From Acidimicrobiales bacterium (lineage in GTDB: Bacteria > Actinomycetota > Acidimicrobiia > Acidimicrobiales > Bog-793): a stretch of DNA of 64,000 nt. Made by a program: the position numbers and the translations under genes. The notes under the pieces were generated by a model. That model was given only the letters and a program-made list of their open reading frames with translations. It was not told the origin of the DNA and ran no database searches. The number at the start of each line of letters is the position of its first letter. Positions within the stretch are counted from its first letter, which is position 1. The stretch spans positions 3,128 through 67,127 of the forward strand of contig JBKQHU010000072.1 in assembly GCA_052148655.1 (NCBI GenBank), read 5' to 3'. Of the stretch, positions 41,451 to 50,055 are shown in pieces.

Positions 41451-41803
41451 AGCGAACAGCGTGGTTGCCTCACTACCGCTTCTTCGTCGCGGGCGAAGTA
41501 GGTGCAGCAGACGAGATTCCAAAGCGACTGCCTCGCAAGGCCGTCATCTTGGTCTCACAAGCTGGGCGCGCAATGTGGGCGGCGTTTGATTGTCCGTGCA
41601 AGCGACGTCACCGCCTGATGGTGAACCTAGACTCGCGTCGAAAGCCATACTGGAGAATCGTGCCGACATCCGGTCTTACTTTGAGCCCTAGTATCGACAC
41701 GCTTGACCACGGCGTCCGTTGCCATTTTCTCCTTCGGTCCGGACGCGCTCAATGGGTGGGTGCGACATCATCAGTAGGAGGACAGAATGACGACTGTCGA
41801 TAA
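41435..41803 (+). CDS. DUF6527-like Cys/His metal-binding protein
   Basis: FDCPC....LMVNL....PYW....LTLSPSI......CHF.L..G...W. Confidence 0.8.
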   Translation: MRSPIKRTAWLPHYRFFVAGEVGAADEIPKRLPRKAVILVSQAGRAMWAAFDCPCKRRHRLMVNLDSRRKPYWRIVPTSGLTLSPSIDTLDHGVRCHFLLRSGRAQWVGATSSVGGQNDDCR

Positions 41804-42710
41804 AGGTGCCACTCCTGATAGCCAGCCGACCAACGAGCCGGCAAAGTCAATCCGCACGCCTTTTTATCGTGCGACCAACGCGCCTAGATACGAGCGTCAA
41901 GCTCAGATCCGCGCCATTCAGGACCTAACCAATAGCAGGCTCGTCTGCTATATCGGCGGACCACAGGCGTCCCTATCTCGAGATGACGCCCTGCCGCTAG
42001 TTGACCTTTTCCACACTATTCCCGCCGGATCGGACATCGACCTTCTGCTCCACACGGTCGGCGGTGACGTCGACGCAGCAGAAAAGATGGCTTCGATGCT
42101 GCGGAAGCGAGTAGGCGACAGGGCCAAGTTTCGCGTGATCGTCCCAGACCACGCCAAGAGTGCTGGCACACTGATAACCCTGGCAGCCGATACGGTCGTA
42201 ATGAGCGACAGCTCAGAACTCGGACCCGTTGATCCACAGCTAAACCTGCCTGACGGACACGGTCGCTTCAACTACCGACCTGCGCAATCGTACGTTGACG
42301 GGTACGAGGCGCTTGTCAAGCTGGTTAACGACAATCCCTCTGCGAGCGGCTACCGCCAAATGCTGGACAAGTACGACCCCACGACTCTTGATATGTGCAG
42401 GAAGGTCCTAGAACGCTCCGTGAAGCTCGGGGAATCCCTGCTTCAACAAGGGATGTTCAGAGGCGGAGGCGGAAACTTCACTGCGGTCGCGGGACAGCTT
42501 GCGGATAACCATAAGTGGCTATGGCACGGCGTGCCTATTGATTATATTGAGGCGAAGAAGCTTGGACTGAATGTCACTTACTTAGAACTGGACGATCCCT
42601 TGTGGCAGCAGTTTTGGGCGCTCTACTGCGCACAACGGCTTGAAGTGGGCAAAATATCCGAGGATTGCAAGCTGTTTGAATCTGATTACGTGTCTATTTC
42701 CATGCAGTGA
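41787..42710 (+). CDS. SDH-family ClpP-fold serine protease
   Basis: LLLHTVGGD, AKSAGT (Ser), ELGPVDPQ (Asp), WHG (His); AGGAGGA RBS; overlaps DUF6527 stop. Confidence 0.88.
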   Translation: MTTVDKGATPDSQPTNEPAKSIRTPFYRATNAPRYERQAQIRAIQDLTNSRLVCYIGGPQASLSRDDALPLVDLFHTIPAGSDIDLLLHTVGGDVDAAEKMASMLRKRVGDRAKFRVIVPDHAKSAGTLITLAADTVVMSDSSELGPVDPQLNLPDGHGRFNYRPAQSYVDGYEALVKLVNDNPSASGYRQMLDKYDPTTLDMCRKVLERSVKLGESLLQQGMFRGGGGNFTAVAGQLADNHKWLWHGVPIDYIEAKKLGLNVTYLELDDPLWQQFWALYCAQRLEVGKISEDCKLFESDYVSISMQ

Positions 42711-42947
42711 GCCTTTCCATCCGAGTGGTCAGACGACACAGGCGACTAGACAGCAAGTACCGCATTCATTCTTCGGATTTTATCCTTGACTGCCAGTCTG
42801 TAAATGTACCGTCCGGCTGGTAGTGCCCAGTACCTCTAAGTCCAGGTCAAAGGGCAATTCCGCAGAAGTCCAATGTTGCCTGGTTATGGCCAATCCGGCT
42901 AAACGTAGCCAGTATGGCTATCAACTTGGCTACATTTTCGGACATAA

Positions 42948-43000
42948 CAAAAGCCCAGCCGAAACAGAGGGCTCGAGCCGGGAAGGCGTTTCACTGGGCT
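42948..43000 (-). terminator. putative intrinsic terminator after integrase 3
   Basis: minus strand AGCCCAG-TGAAAC...GTTTC-GG-CTGGGCT followed by TTT. Confidence 0.5.
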
Positions 43001-43081
43001 AGCGCCAGGCATCACCGGAGGCTCATCGGGGTCGGCCACGCCTTGCGCCGAGTGCAGGGCTCGGGATCTCGGCGCAGTTCT

Positions 43082-44197
43082 TCATCGCAAAGCCCTGGAC
43101 ATCGCGTCTGCGGCCTGCCTGTTGGTTTCCGGCGATACATGGCCATAGATGTCGGCAGTGATGCGGATGGACGCATGACCGAACACACGGGACACAACCT
43201 CGATGGGGACACCTTGGGCGAGCATGATCGTGGCCGCTGAGTGGCGCAGGTTGTGCCACGGCATCGAGGCCAACCCCAGGTTGGCGCTGACCCTGTGCCA
43301 GTGCTTGCGAATGTTCGAGTCGTACAATGCCGTGCCCCGCGCACTCGTGAAGACGAGATCGTCGCTGCCTTGTGTCCCTTCGAAATTCTGGCGGACCTGG
43401 TGAACCCGCAGAGACTCCATGGCCTGCGGGGTGAGCGGCACGGTTCGGCGGGACTTGTCGGTCTTCGGATCAGTGCGCTGCCTGACCTTGCGATCAAGTG
43501 TGCCGGTGACTAAGAGAGTGCCAGCTTCGAGGTCGACATCGGACCACCTGAGCGCCAACAGCTCTCCTTGACGTAGGCCGGTGTGGATCGCGACCACGTA
43601 GAGAGGGAGCAGCCGGTCGTCGTGCAAGGTGTCGAACAGTTGCTTGGCTTGTTCTGGTGTCAGCACCGGTCGTTCGTCCACCTTGACCGCAGGGGCATCT
43701 GTGAGAGCTACGACGTTGCGAGCGACATAGCCTCTGCGCTCGGCTTGTCCGAGTGCCCGTCGCAGGATCGTGCGGGCGAGCCGTTGTGTGTTGCCACTCT
43801 TTTCAGCTTCGGCGAGCGTTCGGCCCATCTTCTCAACATCTTCAGGTGTGAGGCGAGCAAGGCGGATGTGGCCGAGATGGGGTCGGACGTAGAGATTGAC
43901 GACCTCCCTGTAGCTACGCCGCGTCGATGCCTTCAGCTTTCCTGTGGCGTCGAGGCCGTCCAACCATTGATCGAGCCATGCAGACACGGTCATGTTGCCG
44001 CCTGTGGTCACGATGCCCTTGTCCCTGGCGTCCTGTGCCGCCTTGAGCTTGGCCTGAACCTGTCTCTTGGTCGAGCCGTACACCGTTTTGCGAAGACGCT
44101 TGCCGTTCGAACCCTTCCCGAGTTCGACCGTGGCAACCCAGCGGCCGTCGCTCTCTCTCTGGAAGATGCCACCCTCGCCTGATCCTCTTCTGGCCAT
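43082..44197 (-). CDS. tyrosine recombinase/integrase 3
   Basis: RRGSGEGGIFQR..DGRW arm-binding N-terminus, TGLRQGELLALRWSD, PKT, WHNLRH, FGH, IYGH. Confidence 0.97.
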   Translation of the reverse strand: MARRGSGEGGIFQRESDGRWVATVELGKGSNGKRLRKTVYGSTKRQVQAKLKAAQDARDKGIVTTGGNMTVSAWLDQWLDGLDATGKLKASTRRSYREVVNLYVRPHLGHIRLARLTPEDVEKMGRTLAEAEKSGNTQRLARTILRRALGQAERRGYVARNVVALTDAPAVKVDERPVLTPEQAKQLFDTLHDDRLLPLYVVAIHTGLRQGELLALRWSDVDLEAGTLLVTGTLDRKVRQRTDPKTDKSRRTVPLTPQAMESLRVHQVRQNFEGTQGSDDLVFTSARGTALYDSNIRKHWHRVSANLGLASMPWHNLRHSAATIMLAQGVPIEVVSRVFGHASIRITADIYGHVSPETNRQAADAMSRALR

Positions 44198-44831
44198 CCA
44201 ATTCCCTCGTCCTCGAGGCCGCTCGCCGACCGGTCCGCAGTCTACCCAGTCAGGATGTCTTCAACCCAACACCTTGCTCCGCAAGGATTTTCTCTCCTAT
44301 TGCTTGGCTACACTTGGCTCAAGTCGCTTGAGCACAGTCACGATAGGGCAATCGTCAACGTGACACAAGGAAGCACGGGGGCGGCCGGACCGGCCAAAAG
44401 CGGTGCGGCCGGACGGCACGGACCGCCCCGACCAGGACCGGAAGCAAGAACGAGGCTCCGACGAGCCTAGGCGCCCCGCCGGGCGCCACGGCGGCCCAGA
44501 CGGGGCCGACCGGGGCGGCCGGCGGAAGGGGGAAGGGGGGTCGGGGTCGTAGATCTTGGCTTTCTCGGGGTTCTCAAGAAGGTACAAGAGGGCTAGCCGC
44601 CTGCGGCAACCGACGAACGGCTCATGGCCGATCAGCTACGCAACGTCGCGATCTACTTGGACTCATTGCCGCCCACCGCTTGAGCGAATCGTTCTTAGGT
44701 GCCTCGCCGAGACGGACTCCGGACGTCGGGCGTCTGGAGAAAGCACCGTCCGTCTCCACGACCCCCTCCCTCCCCTCCTCGCCCCGCCGGCCGCCGACTC
44801 CGACTGCGGTCGCCTCGCCTCGAGGCTCACC

Positions 44832-45380
44832 CTATGCGCCAGCCGCTTCAACGAGCCCGCGCACGTCGGCCAAGCTCAGTCTCAAGGTCGGGCGATCGCC
44901 TAGCGCCCGAGCTACCGCCGTCACGGCCGGGCCCAGCTGTCGCACCTCAATCAAGGTCGACCTCGACACGGTCGCGAAGGGTATACCGAGTGCCGCTTCG
45001 AGCGACTCTTCGGTCTGCGCGTCGCGGAGGCCGGCGCAAACTCGCCAGCTGTTCAGATCGGCGCGGTACGAGTCCTTCAGGGTGTGCTCGAATGCCGCCC
45101 GCTCGGCTAGCGCGCCGGCAAGGCAGAAGCGGAGCGACCCGACCGGGTCGGCCGCGACCGCGGCGCGCAGGTGATCGACCGACTCGAGCCGGACCCCGCC
45201 GCCGGTGAAAGCTCCGACCTCGTTCGGGTGAAGGGTCGGATCAGGGTTGATGGAAACGTCGACGAACTCGATGCCGTGCTTGACTGCTACAACGGCGTGG
45301 CCAGCCTCGTGAATCACAGCATGGCTGAGGCCTCCGTGCCGCAGGCAGAGTGAGTTCCAGAGATCCAAGCTCGCCTTCAT
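44832..45380 (-). CDS. stand-alone zinc metallopeptidase domain, FtsH/M41-like
   Basis: HEAGHAVVA...LAGALAE...DL; ATGA-coupled to the upstream gene. Confidence 0.75.
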   Translation of the reverse strand: MKASLDLWNSLCLRHGGLSHAVIHEAGHAVVAVKHGIEFVDVSINPDPTLHPNEVGAFTGGGVRLESVDHLRAAVAADPVGSLRFCLAGALAERAAFEHTLKDSYRADLNSWRVCAGLRDAQTEESLEAALGIPFATVSRSTLIEVRQLGPAVTAVARALGDRPTLRLSLADVRGLVEAAGA

Positions 45381-46276
45381 CCACCCGAATCCCCTCTACC
45401 TCCTCGCGCAGCCGAATCGTCGCAGGTCCTCTCCACCAGGCTTGCTTTGAAGTCGTCAGGAAGCGCTGCGACCGCCGTGGCAAGAGAGGGATGAATGGCC
45501 CCGGACGACACAGACTTGAGGGCAGCACATGCCAAATCGCGAAGATACTTGGAGGATGCAAAGACTCCTTCCTTGGCGTAGACGTAGAGGAAGTACTCGA
45601 TCTGATCCGGCTCGCAGCCGCCAGTCGCCGAGAGAGCTGACAACTCCTTGGACCAGAACCCAAGAGCTCGGCAGTAGTAGTCGTAGCGCGCGCTCGGGGC
45701 TGATGGCGGACTCCATCTCGCACCGAGCATCGTGTTAACGAATGTCAGGGTCCGGTGGACCCGCTCGTCATAGATAAGCGGTCGACTGTCCAATGGCCAA
45801 CACTCTGCGGAAAGACCCTTTGTGAGAAAGTACAGGTACTTCGTAAAGAACGATTCTCCGTATCCCTCGATACTCGGCGTCGAGGTGAACGCCTGATACA
45901 GCCTCACGAGGTTCCCGGACTCGAGAGCCTTCAGGACGTCAGCGGTGACCTTCGCCACATTGGGCGAGGCGAGCGTCCTTGCCGCGTGCCCGCGAGAGTT
46001 GACTCCTCGGCTGCCAAAAATGAATGTTGCGACCACTAGTTCCGGAGCCGCTGTTCCAACACCCTGGCGCGCGGCGGCGCCCAATTGAAACAGGTCGTGG
46101 CGAGTCAGCGACTTGGCGCCGAAGCGTTCCGCGAGCGCTAGGACTGGACCGCATTGGGGAAACCTCTCACGCCACGCGTCTGGAGTCTGTCCAGCGCCGT
46201 GATCTGCGACGGTGACGCTGACCACGTCAGTCACGTGGGACTGTAGAAAATGAGGCAGCGTGGGTAAGTTGCTCAT
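45377..46276 (-). CDS. OGG-fold (8-oxoguanine glycosylase-like, HhH) protein
   Basis: IEGYGESFFTKYLYF, PLIYDERV, Y..Y, DQIEYFLY. Confidence 0.75.
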   Translation of the reverse strand: MSNLPTLPHFLQSHVTDVVSVTVADHGAGQTPDAWRERFPQCGPVLALAERFGAKSLTRHDLFQLGAAARQGVGTAAPELVVATFIFGSRGVNSRGHAARTLASPNVAKVTADVLKALESGNLVRLYQAFTSTPSIEGYGESFFTKYLYFLTKGLSAECWPLDSRPLIYDERVHRTLTFVNTMLGARWSPPSAPSARYDYYCRALGFWSKELSALSATGGCEPDQIEYFLYVYAKEGVFASSKYLRDLACAALKSVSSGAIHPSLATAVAALPDDFKASLVERTCDDSAARGGRGDSGG

Positions 46277-46325
46277 CTTGGTCTCCTTCGTTATGTCGCG
46301 TAGCGGAGCCAGTCCCAGCTCGTTC

Positions 46326-47918
46326 TCAGCTGTGGCTGTGAAGTGCGATCACGAGCCCGACGATGGCGATAGCGACCGCTATGGCCGCGATATACAGGGC
46401 TCTCCTTTGTAACCGAACGCCGGTCGCGGCGGCGGTGACACTTCCGATCGTCTCCAGTGTGTCCGAGAGTCGCCCGATCAATCGCTCGAGCTTGGCGACT
46501 CGGTCGGAATACTCGGCCCGCATCGAGGCCGCAAGTGTCGTCACGACAGAAGGCTGCCTCTCGGATAGTTGTAGGAAGGAAGGAAACTGCCACTCGAAGC
46601 TTGTCGACTGCTGGGTAACTAAGTCTCGCAACTCGTCTGCCGAGATCGCGACATCGATAGCGACGGTCTTCAGATACACCTGCAGCCCGTTCAGCGCCCG
46701 AATCGTCCTCCAGCGACCCCAGCGTCGCGACGACAGGTCTCGCGATAAAGAGCCTTGTGCTTCCCAGACCTCTGCCAGAGATCGGAGACCCCACGCAGCG
46801 AGGAGCCCGTCCCACTCGACATCGCGTAAGGCGTCCGGAAGGTCCGATCGTGAGCCCGTCGGCGCGACCGTGGAAGCGGCTGGGAGGTGGCTCCGTGCGG
46901 CGGCGAGAACCAGGTTGTGCCGTACCCGAGGCTCCTCGAAGCCGAGAGGCACCTTCGCTCTGAGGCCGACTGGATCCGTGCATATCCATACCTCACCCAT
47001 GACACCATCGAGGTCGCACGCGTGGAGCCAACGCGCGGAGCGGCTGAGGAACCTGCCCTGTAGTGGTGTCTCGCCATCGACGACAACGAGCTCGGCGGTC
47101 GGCACAGCGCCTCTTGTCGACTTGCTACTGAAGATCCCCGGGACCTGTCGAATCAACCAGCGATGCGCCTCCCTATGGAGCTGGTCGCGCCACATGTGAA
47201 CTTGCTCCGCCTTGACATTCTCGGCGAAGGTGCTGCCGATCGCGCCACCGTGCTCGCGCGTAATGCGGTCAGGAGTGGGGGCACGAAGCAACGACTCGAT
47301 CTCGCCGGCGGCGTCATCGGTGAGGGTAAATTCAGCAATCACCGCGTTGATGGTGCGTGTGACACTAGCGATTCGTAGCTCCACTCGCGAGAATTGTCGG
47401 GGTAGGTCGCGCGCCTTGCTCGCCCTGTCAAACAGCCCGACTGGACCGGCGCGGGTGAACGTTCCGATACCACGGGAGCCCTCGAAGGGTGCGCGACCAC
47501 GAATGTCCATCACCCACTCGTCGAGCTCATGCTGCTCCAATCCGAGTCGTCCCCTTCTTAGGGCTCGAAGAGCGGCATCGACCGTTGATGAGGTAAGCAT
47601 CTCGACTATCCAAAGCCGCGTGAGTGATAGATGCGCATCAGCGGGTGGGGTGTGCAACTCACTCTGTGTCGCGTAACGCTGTCTTGCCATCGCAGACATG
47701 TGGATGAAGCTGTGGAGCTGGGTCCCGAGGCGCCGCAAGTTCGCGGGGACGAGGTGGCGTAGGCGGCCCCGCGGAAATGAAAGCCAACTTGTGACCTGTC
47801 TTACGGTCTTGCCGCGTCGGATGGTCTCGTCCCTCGACACGAGCTCGATCAGGACAAAGACACGGGCGAGGAGCGTCGACCCTGCCCGGGACGCTGAGCG
47901 CCGCCACCGACGGATCAT
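46326..47918 (-). CDS. hypothetical protein with C-terminal coiled coil and TM helix (start uncertain)
   Basis: long ORF co-oriented with neighbours; ends RLQRRALYIAAIAVAIAIVGLVIAL. Confidence 0.7.
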   Translation of the reverse strand: MIRRWRRSASRAGSTLLARVFVLIELVSRDETIRRGKTVRQVTSWLSFPRGRLRHLVPANLRRLGTQLHSFIHMSAMARQRYATQSELHTPPADAHLSLTRLWIVEMLTSSTVDAALRALRRGRLGLEQHELDEWVMDIRGRAPFEGSRGIGTFTRAGPVGLFDRASKARDLPRQFSRVELRIASVTRTINAVIAEFTLTDDAAGEIESLLRAPTPDRITREHGGAIGSTFAENVKAEQVHMWRDQLHREAHRWLIRQVPGIFSSKSTRGAVPTAELVVVDGETPLQGRFLSRSARWLHACDLDGVMGEVWICTDPVGLRAKVPLGFEEPRVRHNLVLAAARSHLPAASTVAPTGSRSDLPDALRDVEWDGLLAAWGLRSLAEVWEAQGSLSRDLSSRRWGRWRTIRALNGLQVYLKTVAIDVAISADELRDLVTQQSTSFEWQFPSFLQLSERQPSVVTTLAASMRAEYSDRVAKLERLIGRLSDTLETIGSVTAAATGVRLQRRALYIAAIAVAIAIVGLVIALHSHS

Positions 47919-47991
47919 CGGCTCGACTCGCCGACGCGGTCTTGCGGCAAAGTCCCGCGAGAGCGGTTCGGCGAAGCGCCGCTCCCAATCA

Positions 47992-48867
47992 TCACGACTT
48001 CTGACCGCTCACGGCGATGGCACGGCTGCGGCGGGCCTCAAGAGTCTCCAGCAACATGCGGCAGTAGGTCGTCGCTGCTCCGACGGCGAGGTGAGCGTGC
48101 CGCGGCCCAAGACCCACCGTCGGGGTGGTCCTCCCGTGGTCGAGTCCGTACTCGTTGCGGAGTTCGGCGATGCCGATGGCAACCTGGGAGAGGTTGGAGA
48201 GGATTCGCTTGGTGGTCTCGGCTCCCTTGGCAGACGGGGCGAGTGACGACGGATCGAGTCGGAGCGCCTTCTGTGCGGCCTTCACGAGGGCAGGGACGTC
48301 CGCTCGCTCGTCGTAGGGCTCCCCCAGTTCGTGGAGAACCGTCTTGGTGGTCGCTTCGACGAGGGCTTTGGCACCGCTGATCGCCACCGGCACGTCGGTA
48401 TCCATCGCCCCCGCAATGCGATCAAGGTGTTCCATGACGGCCGCCGGTTGGCGAAGTCCGGCAAGGTTGAGTTCGGCCGTAGTCGTCGAGAGCATGGAAG
48501 ACATAATCCGCCCAGAGTCGTCAACCGAGTATCCGTCCCGTTCGAGATGCCGAACGAGCTGAGTCCTGCGTTCAATCCCGAACTCGTTGTCCTTGGCGAG
48601 CCACGACAAGATCTCCTCGAAGACGTTGAGGATTCGCCGTACGTCACGGGGGTCGGACCAGTCTGTTCCGTAGGAGTAGCGGTCGAAGGTCCCGCGCCGT
48701 TGGCCCGGGCTGTACCAACCGCCAGCCCCGGCCTGCTGGTCGTCCGCGGGATCGAAGCCCTCATTCTCAAAGGCTTGCTCAATCTGGCGGACGGCGGCGG
48801 CGTCACTGCACGTCTCACGGAAGCCGTTGCGAGTCCGCCTGTGGATGAGGTCAGTCATGCCCGCCAC
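47992..48867 (-). CDS. abortive infection family protein (AbiJ-like N-terminus + Abi_C/HEPN)
   Basis: AISGAKALVEATTK, ELRNEYGLDHGR, RHAHLAV; N-terminal I...FENEGF, QRR, DWSD...L..FE. Confidence 0.85.
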   Translation of the reverse strand: MAGMTDLIHRRTRNGFRETCSDAAAVRQIEQAFENEGFDPADDQQAGAGGWYSPGQRRGTFDRYSYGTDWSDPRDVRRILNVFEEILSWLAKDNEFGIERRTQLVRHLERDGYSVDDSGRIMSSMLSTTTAELNLAGLRQPAAVMEHLDRIAGAMDTDVPVAISGAKALVEATTKTVLHELGEPYDERADVPALVKAAQKALRLDPSSLAPSAKGAETTKRILSNLSQVAIGIAELRNEYGLDHGRTTPTVGLGPRHAHLAVGAATTYCRMLLETLEARRSRAIAVSGQKS

Positions 48868-50055
48868 TCACATGAAGAGCCGGTAGTCGTAGGGATGCGG
48901 TGCGAGGTTCGGCATGTGCTTGATCGTCCTCGCAAGCACACCCGCGTACCGCACCGTGCACGGGAGGCCGTCGTAGAGGGAATCGTTGTTCCAGTCCATC
49001 TTGCTCAGAGCCAGAACCTGTGCAGCAACGTGATGAAGCGGTCCCGCGCCAGCGTCGCGGGTCAGCAGGAGCGGGCGGGGAATGCCCTTGCCGCCCTGAA
49101 AGTAGTTGTCCTTGCCGCTCAGTGTGGCAAGCGGAGCGTTACCGCCGATCCAGAGAAGCACGGACCGATCGTCGAGTTGGAAGGCGGTTCCCCGAGGCAC
49201 GGCGTAGGCGGGGTTGGCCCTACCGTCATTTGAGCGCGGCGCGTCGAGCGCCACGCCTCGCCACGGGGGCCGGGTGATGTTGACGCACGAGAGATTGGTG
49301 GTCGCACCCCAGGCGTCGATGCAGCCGGCTACCTCCTGTTCCTGGAAAGGCGTCTGCTTGTGAACGACAAGCTCACGAGGACTGCGCCCCGCGTGCCGGT
49401 CCTGGTAGAGGGCGAGGCTTCGCGCCATGACCAGACGCATGTCGTGCCGGGAAAGGTACTGGTTATTAGGGTCAGTCCCCTGCCCGACGTCGTAGGCTAC
49501 AAACTCCATGCCACCGCCGTCGGAGTCGAACACCTGGCTACAGCACGTTACGAACACGGTCGAACCATCCGCCCCGGTCCGAAGGGCGTACGACAACCCG
49601 ATGTAGGCCGAATCCGAATCGAGCGGGAGCTGCTGGGTACTGAGCTTCCACGGGATCCACCCCGCCTTGGCGTAGAACGCAATGCCAAGACGCCACGCAA
49701 CGCTCGCCCGACACCGATACGACAACGCCTGATCGGTAACGATCTGTGTGGTGAGGCCGAGCTGTGCCGCGACCGCCTTGACAGTGTCGTGGAGATCGAA
49801 GTCCGTGTCTCGATCCTCGAAGAGAGGTTCGAACCGCTGCGGGAGGTAGAAGACGACGACATCGAACCGATCCCGCACGAGATCTAGCTTCCGGAGCCCG
49901 TCGACGAGCGCCTGCGCCAGGTGATGCCGGGGATCAGACGCCGATTGCAGATCGCTGTCGAGCGTTGCGGACAACGGGACCTGGGCGGACGGGTCGGCCG
50001 GCCCGAGTTTGACGCGGAAGACCGATTCGAAGCCCGACGCGAGAGCACGTGGCAA
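48868..50055 (-). pseudogene. short prokaryotic Argonaute (MID-PIWI), N-terminally truncated
   Basis: DLHDTVK, TQI, YAKAGWIPWKL, YIGLSY, VVHK, RGT, LSKMDWNN, YDYRLFM; catalytic tetrad degenerate; homology begins abruptly at GFESVF. Confidence 0.88.

Noticed and set aside
49884-50055. Programmed frameshift producing a SIR2-APAZ-pAgo fusion
   Set aside because: No slippery heptamer seen, and both domains lack sequence at the junction; deletion is simpler.
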